A model generated the notes under the pieces. The model was not told where the DNA came from. It saw nothing but the letters and a program-made list of their open reading frames with translations, and ran no database searches. Positions 20,720 through 31,583 of a DNA stretch of 64,000 nucleotides are shown here, one piece after another. The position numbers and the translations under genes were made by a program. Origin of the DNA: Prasinococcaceae sp. CCMP 1430 (lineage: Eukaryota > Plantae > Prasinodermophyta); NCBI GenBank assembly GCA_013416795.1, contig RQSC01000757.1:140610-204609 (forward strand), written 5' to 3'. Every line of letters begins with the position of its first letter. The stretch's first letter is position 1.

Positions 20720-21476
20720 TCACTCGGCCGCAGCGGCGGCCTTCTTCTGCTTGACGTCCTCGATGGCCGCCTTGATGGCGTCCTCCGCGAGCATGGAGCA
20801 GTGGAGCTTCACCGGCGGCAGCTTGAGCTCGGCGGCGATGTCAGAGTTCTTGATGCCGGACGCGTCATCCATGGACTTGCCCTTGATCCACTCGGACGCC
20901 ACCGAGCTGGACGCGATCGCGCTGCCGCAGCCAAAGGTCTTGAAGCAGCTGTCGACGATCTCGCCGTTGTCGTCGACCTTTGGGTCAGGGGCGCGGGCGC
21001 ACGCATACGCAAGGGGGGCGTGCACACGCACCGCCGCGCGCCGGGGCGTGCGGCCGGGGCGCATTTGGGGTGAGGCGCGACGCGTGAGGGAGGCGAGCGC
21101 GAGGGCGTCAGCGTCAGCGCGTGCACGCAGGAGGGGCGCCCTGCGCTGGGATCCGGCGGGTCGATGCCGCGGACAGCCCCCTCTTTGCACGCAGAGAGTC
21201 TCGCACTCCAGGGCCCTCCGCTCGCCGCCTGCCGGGCGCGGAGCACGCCGCGCCGCTGCCGCCCCGCCCGAGCGCGCCGCGCCGGCCACGCACCTTGATC
21301 TGCAGCTTCATGACGTCGCCGCACGCGGGCGCGCCGACGAGGCCCGTGCCGACGTTGGGGTCGTCGCGGTCGAACGAGCCCACGTTGCGCGGGTTCTCGT
21401 AGTGGTCCACCACCTTCTGGTGGTACGCCCGCCCGCCCGCCGCCGCCGCCGCCGCGAGCGCGGCGCCGCCGCCACC
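20720..21476 (-). CDS. ISCU: Mitochondrial Fe-S cluster scaffold IscU/ISU; 5' end lost in gap; exons <21294-21476 and 20720-20977
   Basis: YHQKVVDHYENPRNVGS...GLVGAPACGDVMKLQIK|VDDNGEIVDSCFKTFGCGSAIASSS...LPPVKLHCSMLAEDAIKAA. Confidence 0.97.
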
Positions 21477-21905
21477 NNNNNNNNNNNNNNNNNNNNNNNN
21501 NNNNNNNNNNNNNNNNNNNNNNNNNNNNNNNNNNNNNNNNNNNNNNNNNNNNNNNNNNNNNNNNNNNNNNNNNNNNNNNNNNNNNNNNNNNNNNNNNNNN
21601 NNNNNNNNNNNNNNNNNNNNNNNNNNNNNNNNNNNNNNNNNNNNNNNNNNNNNNNNNNNNNNNNNNNNNNNNNNNNNNNNNNNNNNNNNNNNNNNNNNNN
21701 NNNNNNNNNNNNNNNNNNNNNNNNNNNNNNNNNNNNNNNNNNNNNNNNNNNNNNNNNNNNNNNNNNNNNNNNNNNNNNNNNNNNNNNNNNNNNNNNNNNN
21801 NNNNNNNNNNNNNNNNNNNNNNNNNNNNNNNNNNNNNNNNNNNNNNNNNNNNNNNNNNNNNNNNNNNNNNNNNNNNNNNNNNNNNNNNNNNNNNNNNNNN
21901 NNNNN
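21477..21905. other. Assembly gap (429 N)
   Basis: Run of N. Confidence 1.
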
Positions 21906-22211
21906 TCGGAGTTCGGCGGCGAGTGCGTGCCGACCGTGGGCGAGGGCAGCAAGTGCGGCGGCGGCGGCCACGAGGGCGACAAAGACTACTCGCCTTGCAC
22001 CGTGGACGTGTGCGACGCCGGGCTGCTGTGCGTGGGCCAGGCCGACGTGATCATCGAAGGCGGCGAGGGCACGTGCGTGCCGCCGCTGCCCGTGGAGAAC
22101 GCGTGCTCGGACGAACTGACCTGCGATGGAGGAATGTGGTGCCGGAACTACCTGCTGTACGATGCCGACGGCTGCGACTACAGAGACCTGCGGGCGCGGC
22201 GAGGGCGCTGA
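21906..22211 (+). CDS. Cysteine-rich (IGFBP-like spacing) fragment emerging from the gap; separate gene end or upstream exon of TPST
   Basis: ECVPTVGEGSKCGGG...PCTVDVCDAGLLCVG...GEGTCV...ACSDELTCDGGMWC has strong coding codon bias. Confidence 0.55.
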   Translation, partial: SEFGGECVPTVGEGSKCGGGGHEGDKDYSPCTVDVCDAGLLCVGQADVIIEGGEGTCVPPLPVENACSDELTCDGGMWCRNYLLYDADGCDYRDLRARRGR

Positions 22212-22245
22212 CGGCGCGGGCGCTGGCGGCGTGTTTCGCCCGCAG

Positions 22246-23775
22246 GCGCTCGAGCGCGCGGACAACAAGGCTGGGGGCGACGGCGGGCCCATCGGAAAGG
22301 CAGCGCAAAGCGTTGGTGCGAGGCGGGTGGGCGGTCATGTGGACCAGGTAGTAGCCAAGTCTGCGCCGACCGGCTTCAAGCCGCTCACGTGCCCTGAGGA
22401 TGTCATTTCGTGGGCGGACGCGCAGCCTGGCGGCCCCAAGGGCGGCGGCAAGTTCCCAATGGGCAACAACCCGCTGTGGTTCCTGCACTTGCCACGCACG
22501 GGCGGTCGCTGCTTCCACTCTTGCTTCCTCAAGGGCAACTTCGCCGCTCCGTCTCGCTGCATCGCGTCGTACGACAAGTTCCACGCGGGCCAGCTCTATC
22601 GCGACTGCCACCTGCTTGGCTCGCACGACGACTACTCCATCGGCCACGAGCTGGAGGAGCTTGGGCGCACGGCCACAGTCATTACGCTCGTGCGCGATCC
22701 CGTGGATCGCTTCTTGTCGAGCTACGAGTTCGGCCTGAGCAATGCCGCGCGCATCCCCATGTCCCGCATGGACCAGGCGCCGGCCGACGCGCTCGACGAC
22801 GAGGCGCTCATCGAGAACCCCAAGCTCGGCCTCGGCCGCAAGGTCAGCACGCAGATGGTGTGGCCGTGGAGCCACGTCCTCCCGATGATCAAGGGTGACA
22901 TGGAGAGCCGGCGTCAGCAGGACGCGCACAATAACGTGATGGACCGCCAGAACACGAAAGGCGTGCTCGACACGATCGACCCGTACGACAACCAGTTTTA
23001 CATGTCGCTCGAGGAATTCCTTGAGAACGACCTCGTCAAGGACCACGTCGTGAACGGCATGACCATGCAGTACGCCGGCATCACGAACAACTCGCACATG
23101 GCGGCCCCGTACAACCCCAACGAGATTCGCGCATGCGCGCAGCGCCAGCGCTCCGCGGGCGAGGCCATCGTCCGGTTGGCCAAGCGCCGTCTGGACGCCA
23201 TGCCGTTCGTGGGCATGACCAAGCACCACCACGAGAGCGTCGAGATCGCCGCCGCCGCGCTGGGCTTTGACCTCAACGCCACTGCGCACCGCGATCCAAG
23301 ACCAGGGGGCGACGCTCGCCCGAAGATGGGGTCGGGCGGACGGCGCGCGGGCAATGCCATTAATAGTGCAGCTGCGCGCTCGCTGCTCCAGGACGGCGCC
23401 GCGGGCGGCGAGACGCAGCAGCAGAGGCAGGGGCACGGGGGGGGCATGCAGCAGGATCCCACGCATCCAGATCCTACGCAGGGCGACGCGCCCCACAACA
23501 TGACCGTAGGGGCAAACTACGTGCGTTGCAGCCTCAAGTCGTCCGCCGGCGGCGCCAAGAAGAACACCGTCGGGCAGATCAAATTCAGCAAGGACACGCG
23601 GGCGGCGCTCCCCCCCAAGACGCTCGATCGCATCCGGGAAGCGCACTGGATGGACGCGGAGATCTTCGCGCACGGGAAGGCTATCTTCGAGGCGCTCGAC
23701 GCGAAGTACGCCGGGCGCGGAAGGCTGGCCTACTTTGAAACCGAGCAGGCGAAGCAAAACGTGCTCATCACCTGA
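22246..23775 (+). CDS. TPST: Plant-type tyrosylprotein sulfotransferase (terminal exon; upstream exon unresolved)
   Basis: WFLHLPRTGGRCFHSCFL...SYDKF...LLGSHDDYS...VITLVRDPVDRFLSSYEF is the plant TPST signature. A CTGAC branch point (~22208) and the CAG acceptor at 22243-22245 precede the exon. Confidence 0.85.
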   Translation, partial: ALERADNKAGGDGGPIGKAAQSVGARRVGGHVDQVVAKSAPTGFKPLTCPEDVISWADAQPGGPKGGGKFPMGNNPLWFLHLPRTGGRCFHSCFLKGNFAAPSRCIASYDKFHAGQLYRDCHLLGSHDDYSIGHELEELGRTATVITLVRDPVDRFLSSYEFGLSNAARIPMSRMDQAPADALDDEALIENPKLGLGRKVSTQMVWPWSHVLPMIKGDMESRRQQDAHNNVMDRQNTKGVLDTIDPYDNQFYMSLEEFLENDLVKDHVVNGMTMQYAGITNNSHMAAPYNPNEIRACAQRQRSAGEAIVRLAKRRLDAMPFVGMTKHHHESVEIAAAALGFDLNATAHRDPRPGGDARPKMGSGGRRAGNAINSAAARSLLQDGAAGGETQQQRQGHGGGMQQDPTHPDPTQGDAPHNMTVGANYVRCSLKSSAGGAKKNTVGQIKFSKDTRAALPPKTLDRIREAHWMDAEIFAHGKAIFEALDAKYAGRGRLAYFETEQAKQNVLIT

Positions 23776-23933
23776 TGAAGTGGGCGCGCAACAATCAGTA
23801 ATTTTTCGGAGCGTTCTGGTCGCCCCTGATGGCACATCCGCGCGCCAGTGGCGGCGGCACACCTCCCCTCCCCACACACCACTCCCCCACCACTCCAGCC
23901 CCCTCGACACCCCTCCCGCGCGCCTCATCGTCA

Positions 23934-24606
23934 TGCGCCTGGCGCTGCGAGCGGCCGCGTGGCCGCAGCGCGCGGCCACCGCAGCACCGAGGGCGGGATC
24001 AACGGCCGGGCGGCGGCGGCGCACGTGCGCGCGTGGAGCGCGCCGCGCACCACGCACATGAACTTCATTCCGCGCGGCGGGCGCGGCAGGCGATGCGGGC
24101 GGGGGCGCGCACGAGTACTACATGGTCGATTACACCTATCTGAGCGTTGCCGACGGGCTGCTGGAGAAGCGCGCGCCGCATCGGGAGGGGCACCTCGCCG
24201 CGGCAGAGCGCGCATCCGCGGCCGGCCACCTACTCCTTGGCGGCGCGTCGCTCGACGCGGCGCACGACGACGCAAAGGTACGGCATCGCCCGCCACTCCG
24301 CGAGTCGCGACGCCCACGCGCACGCGCGCGCATCTGCCGCGCAGCACAGCTCAGCGTGGCGGGTGGGTGCTCGCGCCACTCCCGCGGCGACTCGACGCTC
24401 GCACCCAACGCGCACGAAGCGCTGACTCGCATCGCGCGCCCGCCTCCAAGGCGTACCTTGCGTTCCGCGTGCCGAGCGGCAAGCGCGCTATCGTCGACGC
24501 CTTCGTCGCGAGCGACCCGTACGTGCGAAATGGCATCGTTACGCACCACGCGGTGCGCGAGTGGAGCGTCATCGTGGGGAGCGCCCACGAGGTTGCCGAC
24601 GAGTGA
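23934..24606 (+). CDS. YCII-related domain protein with probable organellar presequence; intron 24278-24450; 5' structure uncertain
   Basis: YYMVDY...LLEKRAPHREGHL...LLLGGA...|AYLAF...VDAFVASDPYVRNGIV...VREW is the YciI pattern, with a GT-AG phase-0 intron. Confidence 0.8.
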
Positions 24607-24822
24607 GCGGGCGCCGCTGACGAGCAGGCGAGGCGCGCGCTTGCGCCCACTCGCACGCCAACGACGCTTCCTTCATCCCTGGAATGTAAGTCCTATACTG
24701 TACAAGTACATGGCGGCCAGCGCGCGCGCGCGTGGGTGCGTTCGCTTGCATGCACGCGTGCGCGGTGCGGTTCGTAATGAGCGCCGTGGCCAGCAGCGCA
24801 TCGCCGCTCGGTCGGGGCGAGG

Positions 24823-25905
24823 CTACAGGGCGTTGTAGTCGATCTCCACGTCGGGCACTGGTGTCGCAGCAGCGGTCGCGTCGCCGCTGCCGCCCCCGCC
24901 GCCGCTGCCCTCGCCGCCGCCCCCGCCGCCTCCGCCAGCCTCGAGTGCGGCCCGCACGGCGGCGAGCAGCGCGTCCGGCCCGTCCGAGGACTCCACCTTG
25001 CTTTTGTCCGCCATCTCGCCCGGCGTGGTGGTCCGCGCGAGCACGCATGCGAGGCCCCCCGCGGCGGCCTCGGAGGGGCCGACCTCGAGGCGCACCTTGA
25101 CACCCATCTCCTCGTACTTGCGGTACTTCTGGCCGGGAGCGAGCTCGGTGTCCTCGTCGAGGGTGGAGCGGAGGCCGCCAGCCTCGACCGCGGCGTGTAC
25201 CGCACGCGCCGCGTCCGAGACGGAGGTGCTCTCGCGCTCCTTCTTGCGCCACGCAATGGGGATGACCACTACGTCGTACGGGCACCGCGCGCGCCGGGCG
25301 TCCCTGCGACGCTCGTTGCGCGCTGCGCGCTCCTTCTCCTGCGGGAGGGTGAGCGCGGTCCACACGCACGCGTGGATTGGACGCATGTGAGCGCACGTGC
25401 GTGCGCGCGCATGTGCGTGTGTGTGCGGTGCAGCAGGTGCCGGCGAAGGCGAGCGCGCGGCGGCCGCGCGTCAGCGCCACAAGCTCCAGCGCACGGTGCC
25501 GGAGCCGGCGCCTCCCGGACGTGCCGTCAGAGAGTATGGTCGCGTCGATGGTCTCATCAGACTTGAATCAGTGAGACTGCTGGATGTTCTCTTCATCGGC
25601 AGGGAGTGAGCGCGCGCGAGCCTGTGCGCGCGCGCGCGTGCGCGCGCTCGCAGGCGTACCTTCGTCTCCCTAGCCCGTACCCTGCCCTCCTCGCCAATGG
25701 CGCCGGTCCAGCCGACGCCGCCCTCCTCCTTCTTGCGCCATGGCTGCACGCGCGCGATGCGCAGCGGCGTGTACTTTGTCCCCGCCGCGCGTTGGCGCAG
25801 CGCGAGCGCGCGGCGCTCGCGCTGCACGCGCCGGCGCTCGCGCTCCTCGGGCGGCAGCGCGCTCTCGTCCACGCTCGCCTTGCGCCGCTTCCAGGTGTTT
25901 ATCAT
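24823..25905 (-). CDS. Protein with a stand-alone class IIa aaRS (ProRS-like) anticodon-binding domain; last exon 24823-25338, upstream exons uncertain
   Basis: PYDVVVIPI...AVHAAVEAGGLRSTLD...PGQKYRKYEEMGVKVRLEVGPSE matches the HGTP anticodon-binding domain. The upstream coding-like segment MINTWKRRK...ETK (25905-25660) has no synthetase catalytic motifs. Confidence 0.7.
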
Positions 25906-26099
25906 CTTCGTGCTCGGGTTGCTGGGTGGTTGCGTTCCGGCGGCTCGCTCGCTCGCGCGCTCGCGCTCGACGCCGCTGCGCTGGTATCATGTGATTCGTT
26001 GCACATCCCCGCTGGCGAGCGGCGAGGCTCCGCTCCTGGGCGCCCGCGAGGGCGGGGACCCCGGTCTGACCGCGTCTCGTCCCGGGGTAATCCACAAAA

Positions 26100-26358
26100 C
26101 TTCCCGCTGATCGGGCGAATCCGAGCGCACACACCGGGGTCACGGCGGGCTCTCCCGGAAGTGCCTGGCGACGGAGAGCCAGCTCTCCCGCCGGCAGCAC
26201 GCAGGGCGAAAAACGGCGGGAAAACCGCGCGGCGTGTTCCCGCCCCCGTTTGGCGATAGGTCGAAACGCATGCGGCCGCGGGCGCGCGCATGCGCTTCGA
26301 CCTCCGGGGTGCGGCAGGTCAACGCGCATGCGTGTCGCGCGCGCGCGTTGGCGGGAAG
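26100..26358. promoter_or_regulatory. Cluster of E2F-like sites upstream of MCM2
   Basis: GCGGGAAA at 26216-26223 is the exact reverse complement of TTTCCCGC. Near matches are CTTCCCGC (26100-26107) and GCGGGAAG (26351-26358). Confidence 0.55.
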
Positions 26359-29300
26359 CGCGCGCTCGAAAAACGGACCGCGCCTGGGGTGCGGGGCGGA
26401 CCGCAGGGCAAGATGCCGCTGCTCGTCACCGAGACCCGCCCGCGGCGCCCGAGCAGCCCGAGAGCGGCGCGGGCACGCCCGCGGAGACGCCGGGCGCGAG
26501 CGCGGGCTACGTGAGCGAGCCGATGTCGGAGGGCAACCCTGACCCGTTCTCCGACCACCCGCCCTCGGACGAGGAGGAGGAGGGAGAGGACCTCGTCGGG
26601 GAGGGGATGATGCAGTGCGTTCGCGCGCGGGCGCGCGCGCGCGCGAGCGAGCGGACGGGTGGGCGAGCGGGGGCGAGCGGGCGCGGGAGCGCGCGATGCG
26701 CGGGAGCGAGCATGGGAGCGCGCCAGCGAGCGTAGGAGCGCGCGAGGGAGTTGGGAGGGGGGGGGAGGGAGAAAGCGAGCGCCGCGCGCTTACGGTGGAC
26801 GGCCCACGCACGCCCTCAATCGATGCCGCGCGCGCGGGCGAACGCGCGCTGACGATGCCCTCGATCGCCCCGCGCGCGCCCGCATCGGCGGCGCCCCGCA
26901 GGGACTACAAGGCCGTCGAGGCCCTGGACCACTACGAGGCCGACGGCATGGATGAGGACGTCGAGGAGCCGCTCGACCTCGAGGAGCAGCAGGCCGCCCG
27001 CCAGGCCGCCGAGGAGGCAATGGCGCGCCGCGACAACGCTGCGGGGATAGGCATGGGCGCGCGCATGCCCGAGTTGCTCAGGGATGACGACAACGACGAG
27101 GACGGTGAGCGCCCTCGCCGCCGCCGCCGTCTCGACGGGCCCGCGGCGTCGGGCGACACCGAGGGCGGGGCCGGCGACTACGAGGAGGAGGTCAAGCTCG
27201 AGCAGGTGGAGGGCCCGCTGCTCGAATTCATCGCGCGGCCGCGCACGCGCCGCGAGATCAAGAAGCGCTTCAAGAGGTTCCTCGAGAGCTTCGAGGTCGA
27301 CCAGGAGTACGTGTACAAGAGCGCGATCCACACCATGTGCTCGCGCAACTCGCAGAGCCTCGAGGTCAACTACGTGCACCTCTCGCACATGCACCCGATC
27401 CTCGCCATCTGGGTGGCCGACGCGCCGCAGCCCATGCTCAAGATCTTCGACGAGATCGCCAAGGAGGTGGTGCTGGACATGTTCCCCGAGTACGACCGCA
27501 TCCGCACCGACGTCTTCGTGCGCATCACCGGCCTGCCCATCCTGGACTCGATCCGCGACATCCGCCAGCAGCACCTCAACGCCCTCATCAAGATCTCGGG
27601 CGTCGTCACGCGCCGCACGGGCGTGTTCCCGCAGCTGCAGAGCTCGATGTACGACTGCGCCAAGTGCGGTTTCCTCATCGGCCCCATCCAGCAGGACGGC
27701 TTCAAGGAGCTCACGCCAGGCGCGTGCCCCGCGTGTCAGTCGATGGGCCCGTTCTCCATCAACGTCGAGAAGACCGTCTACCGCAACTACCAGAAGATCA
27801 CGCTGCAAGAATCGCCGGGCAGCGTGCCCGCGGGCCGCCTGCCGCGCTCCAAGGAGGTGGTTGTGCAGGACGACCTCATCGATCAGGCCAGGCCCGGCGA
27901 GGAGGTGGAGATCACCGGCGTGTATACCAACTCGTTCGATCGTTCGCTGAACACAAAGAACGGATTCCCGGTCTTCTCTACGGTGGTCGAGGCCAACTAC
28001 CTGTCCAAGCGCGAGGACGCGTATGCGGTGTACAGGCTGACCGACAAGGACAAGGAGGACGTGCTGAAGCTCTCCAAGGACCCGCGCATCGCGCAGCGCA
28101 TCGTCAAGTCCATAGCGCCCTCCATCTACGGCCACAAGCACATCAAGACCTCGCTCGCGCTGTCGATGTTCGGCGGGCAGGAGAAGAACGTGGCGGGCAA
28201 GCACAGGCTGCGCGGTGACATCAACGTGCTGCTGCTAGGCGATCCGGGCACCGCCAAGTCGCAGTTCCTCAAGTACGTGGAGAAAACAGCGCACCGTGCA
28301 GTCTACACCACTGGCAAGGGCGCGTCGGCGGTGGGCCTCACGGCGGCGGTGCAGAAGGACCCCGTCACGCGCGAGTGGACGCTCGAGGGCGGCGCGCTGG
28401 TGCTCGCCGACCGCGGCGTATGCCTCATCGACGAGTTCGACAAGATGAACGACCAGGATCGCGTGTCCATCCACGAGGCCATGGAGCAGCAGTCGATCTC
28501 CATCTCCAAGGCGGGCATCGTCACCTCGCTGCAGGCGCGCTGCGCGGTGATCGCGGCCGCCAACCCCATCAACGGGCGCTACAACTCGAGCCGCACGTTC
28601 GGCGAGAACGTCGAGCTCACCGAGCCCATCCTGTCGCGCTTTGACTGCCTGTGCGTGGTCAAGGACATCGTCGACCCCGTGCAGGACGAGAGCCTCGCGC
28701 GCTTCGTGGTGAACTCCCACGCCCGGTCACACCCAGACGGCGTCGCGGAGGGCGATGCGGAGGCCGACGCGATGTCGTCGCTCCTCAGGGAGGGCGACGC
28801 CGACCTCCAGCCGCTGCAGCAGGAGCAGCTGCGAAAGTACATCACCTACGCCAAGAGCACCGTCAAGCCCAAGCTCCGTGCGAGCGATGCCACCAAGATC
28901 CAGCACGTCTACGCGAATCTCCGCCAGACGTCTCTGCGCGGGCAGGGCGTGCCCGTGGCCGTGCGCCACATCGAGAGCATCATCCGGATGGCTGAGTCCC
29001 ACGCTAAGATGCACCTGCGCGAGTACGTGAGCAGCTCGGACGTGGACGTGGCCATCCGCACGCTGCTGCAGTCGTTCATCAGCACGCAGAAGGACAGCGT
29101 GCAGCGCTCGCTGCAGCGGTCCTTCCAGCAGTACCTGGGCGGCGCCTCGGACTACGATGAGCTGCTCATGCACGCGCTCAAAGCGCTGGTGCGCGACGCT
29201 GTCACCCTCGCGCAGGTGCAGGAGGGCGCCGTGCCCGCCGCCGTCGCAATCCCGCTCGAAAACCTGGAGGCCAAGGCCGCCGAGCACGAAATTACAGACC

Positions 29301-29392
29301 TGCAGCCTTTCCTGCGCGGGACCGTCTTCGACGCCAACGGCTTCGAGTTCAAGCCGGATGAGAGGGTCATCCTCAAGGACATCGCAGCGTGA
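26328..29392 (+). CDS. MCM2: DNA replication licensing factor MCM2; intron 26615-26901; start at 26328 or 26523
   Basis: The MCM2-specific N-terminus EEEEGEDLVGEGMMQ|DYKAVEALDHYE is followed by the zinc finger CAKC...CPAC, Walker A GDPGTAKS, Walker B IDEFDKM and the arginine finger SRFD. Confidence 0.97.
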
Positions 29393-29542
29393 GCGCTACG
29401 AGCGCGGCAGGGGCAGGGCGGGGAGGTGGCGAGGTGGTGACGGGAGCGGTACACCAGGAGGCGCGCTAGATATGATAAACTCAGTGATACATATTTTTAC
29501 AACAGGTCCGCGCGTGCGCACGCACGGAGGTGTAGGAACTTA

Positions 29543-30557
29543 TTAGACCCGCGCGTTGTCCTCGAGGTCGCCTGCGAACTCGGCCAGGAGCACGTCGAGC
29601 TCCTCGGTTGGCCTCTCTTCAGGCTCGAAGCCGAGGCGCTCACACAGGTCGCTCGACATCTCCTGCAGAACGCGACGCACGCACAGCTCGTCCGCCGCGG
29701 TCGGGCGACCTGCGCGCGCCATCTCGAGCGCGAGGCTCGTCGCAGAAGCGCCAGGCATGCCGCAAGGCACAATGAGCCGTGTGTACATGTCCACGTCGAG
29801 GTCGACGTTGAGCGCGAGGCCGTGGGTCGTCACGCGCTCGCGCACTTGCACCCCGACGGCGCCGAGCTTGCGCGGTCCATCAAACGCATCGGTGCCGGTC
29901 CCTGCGTCTGCCTGGACCCGCTCGTTCGGATCGCCATCGCCCGCCCACACGCCTGTGTGCCCGGGCACGCGACCGCGTGCCGCAATCCCGCGGCGCGCGG
30001 CAGCGCCGATCATGACATCCTCGAGGTGCTCGACGTACTTTCGCACGCCTATGGCCACCGCGCCGCTGCTTGTGAGGCCGGCCGTCGCGCGTGCGCGTCG
30101 CGCAGGCGCGAGCGTCACGATGGGGTACAGGACCGCCTGCATCCGCTCGCGGCATGGAGGGTTCGTCGTGTGTGCGCAAGTCAGTGCTCGCCCCGCTGCC
30201 GGTGCGAGGAGGGCGAGGGAGGGAAGGAGGGGGGAAACTGCTCGCAGGATCTGCGCGTAGGCACACGCGTGTGGCATGCCGCACCTGCCCGGGCGCATGG
30301 TACGTCGCCTCGCCGCCTCGTGGCACACGATGCACGTCGATGCCCGCTGCCTTCAGCTCGCCGTCGCTCGCGAGCACGTGCGCTGCGTCGGCACGCCGTC
30401 CGAGCGTGAGCACGGCCGGCGCGTGCTGCAGCGCAAGGAGCGCCGGGGCCGCGCGCCCACGCCGCGCGGCCAGCCAGAGCGCGCGCTGCAGCGCGAGGCC
30501 ACGCGCGTACGGCACGAACCCCAGCGAGTACACGCGGCAGCGGCCAGCTGGCGACAT
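29543..30557 (-). CDS. LIP2: Octanoyltransferase LipB/LIP2; exons 30285-30557 (may extend upstream) and 29543-30136
   Basis: LLALQHAPAVLTLGRR...RGGEATYHAPGQ|AVLYPI...KLGAVGVQVRERVTTHGLALNV...IVPCG. Confidence 0.93.
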
Positions 30558-31583
30558 CGCGCCGCCCCACGGCGGCAACGCGCCACAGGATCGTCGCGAG
30601 GGCGCGCCGAGGCGCGCGGACGCGCCCAGGCGCGCGGCCGAGCCAATGCGCGCGGTCGAGGAAGCGCCTAGCACAGGACAGGTGTTGAGGTTGGCGTGGG
30701 CGTGGGCGAGTGTGTGTGTGTGCGTGTGTGGTGGTGGTGGTGGGGAGGGGGGAGCACCAGCGCCCGTTGTGGCACGCGCGGACTCGCACGCACGCACCGC
30801 GGAACACTCAATGTACTGTATTTTGATATACGACTACAACAATGCGCGATGCCACCTCTCGCGATTGCTCAGAGAGAGCCCCCGTACGCCTCTTTTTTTG
30901 GTTTTTTTTTTGGAAATCCGAGCGCGGTGTCTTTTTTTTTTTCCCCCCTTGCGCTTCCGCTTCCGCCATCGGACGGCGGTTCGCGCCCTCGTTTGGGTCG
31001 TTCCGCCCGTGGGCGGGTCTAATTTTCGGTTCGATCGTGGATCCATGCATTGCGACGGAGAGATCTGGCGGCATGCGCGGAGGAGGTGCAGGTTCGTGTG
31101 CGCGGTGAGAGCCCGGGCGTCGAAACCTTATCCAGCGCGCGGCGTGCTGCTCCGCCTGCGGCGGCCGGCAGCGGGGGGCGGGGGGCGTTGCGGCGCGGCA
31201 CAGCGTGCACGCGCGCGGCCCCGCTGCCGCGCGCCCCCGCCGCGCGCACCTCACGCGCCGCAAGCATGCTTCCAAGTCCCGCACCTCCCCCCACCCACCA
31301 CCACACTCCCTCCCGTCCGCGCCCGTCCGGGGGGCGGGGGGCCGAGGGCTCCCCGGGGGGTGGTCGCCACCGCCACGCGCGCGCACAGTGGCGCAAAAAT
31401 CTCCGAGCCTTGATCTTTTTGGGACGACTCGCCCGTGTGGTCACATAATCATAATTTGTTTGTATTGTAATGGGCTGCGTCGCGTTGCGGCGCGGCGCAC
31501 GCGCGCCGAATGCGTTTTGAAGTGCGGGCCCGCCCGCGCCCGTTCGAAACTGAAGCTAAAAACTTGACCGTTGCGGCGCGATT

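Noticed and set aside
31020-31045. tRNA T-loop-like GGTTCGAT
   Set aside because: No acceptor, D or anticodon stems could be built around it.
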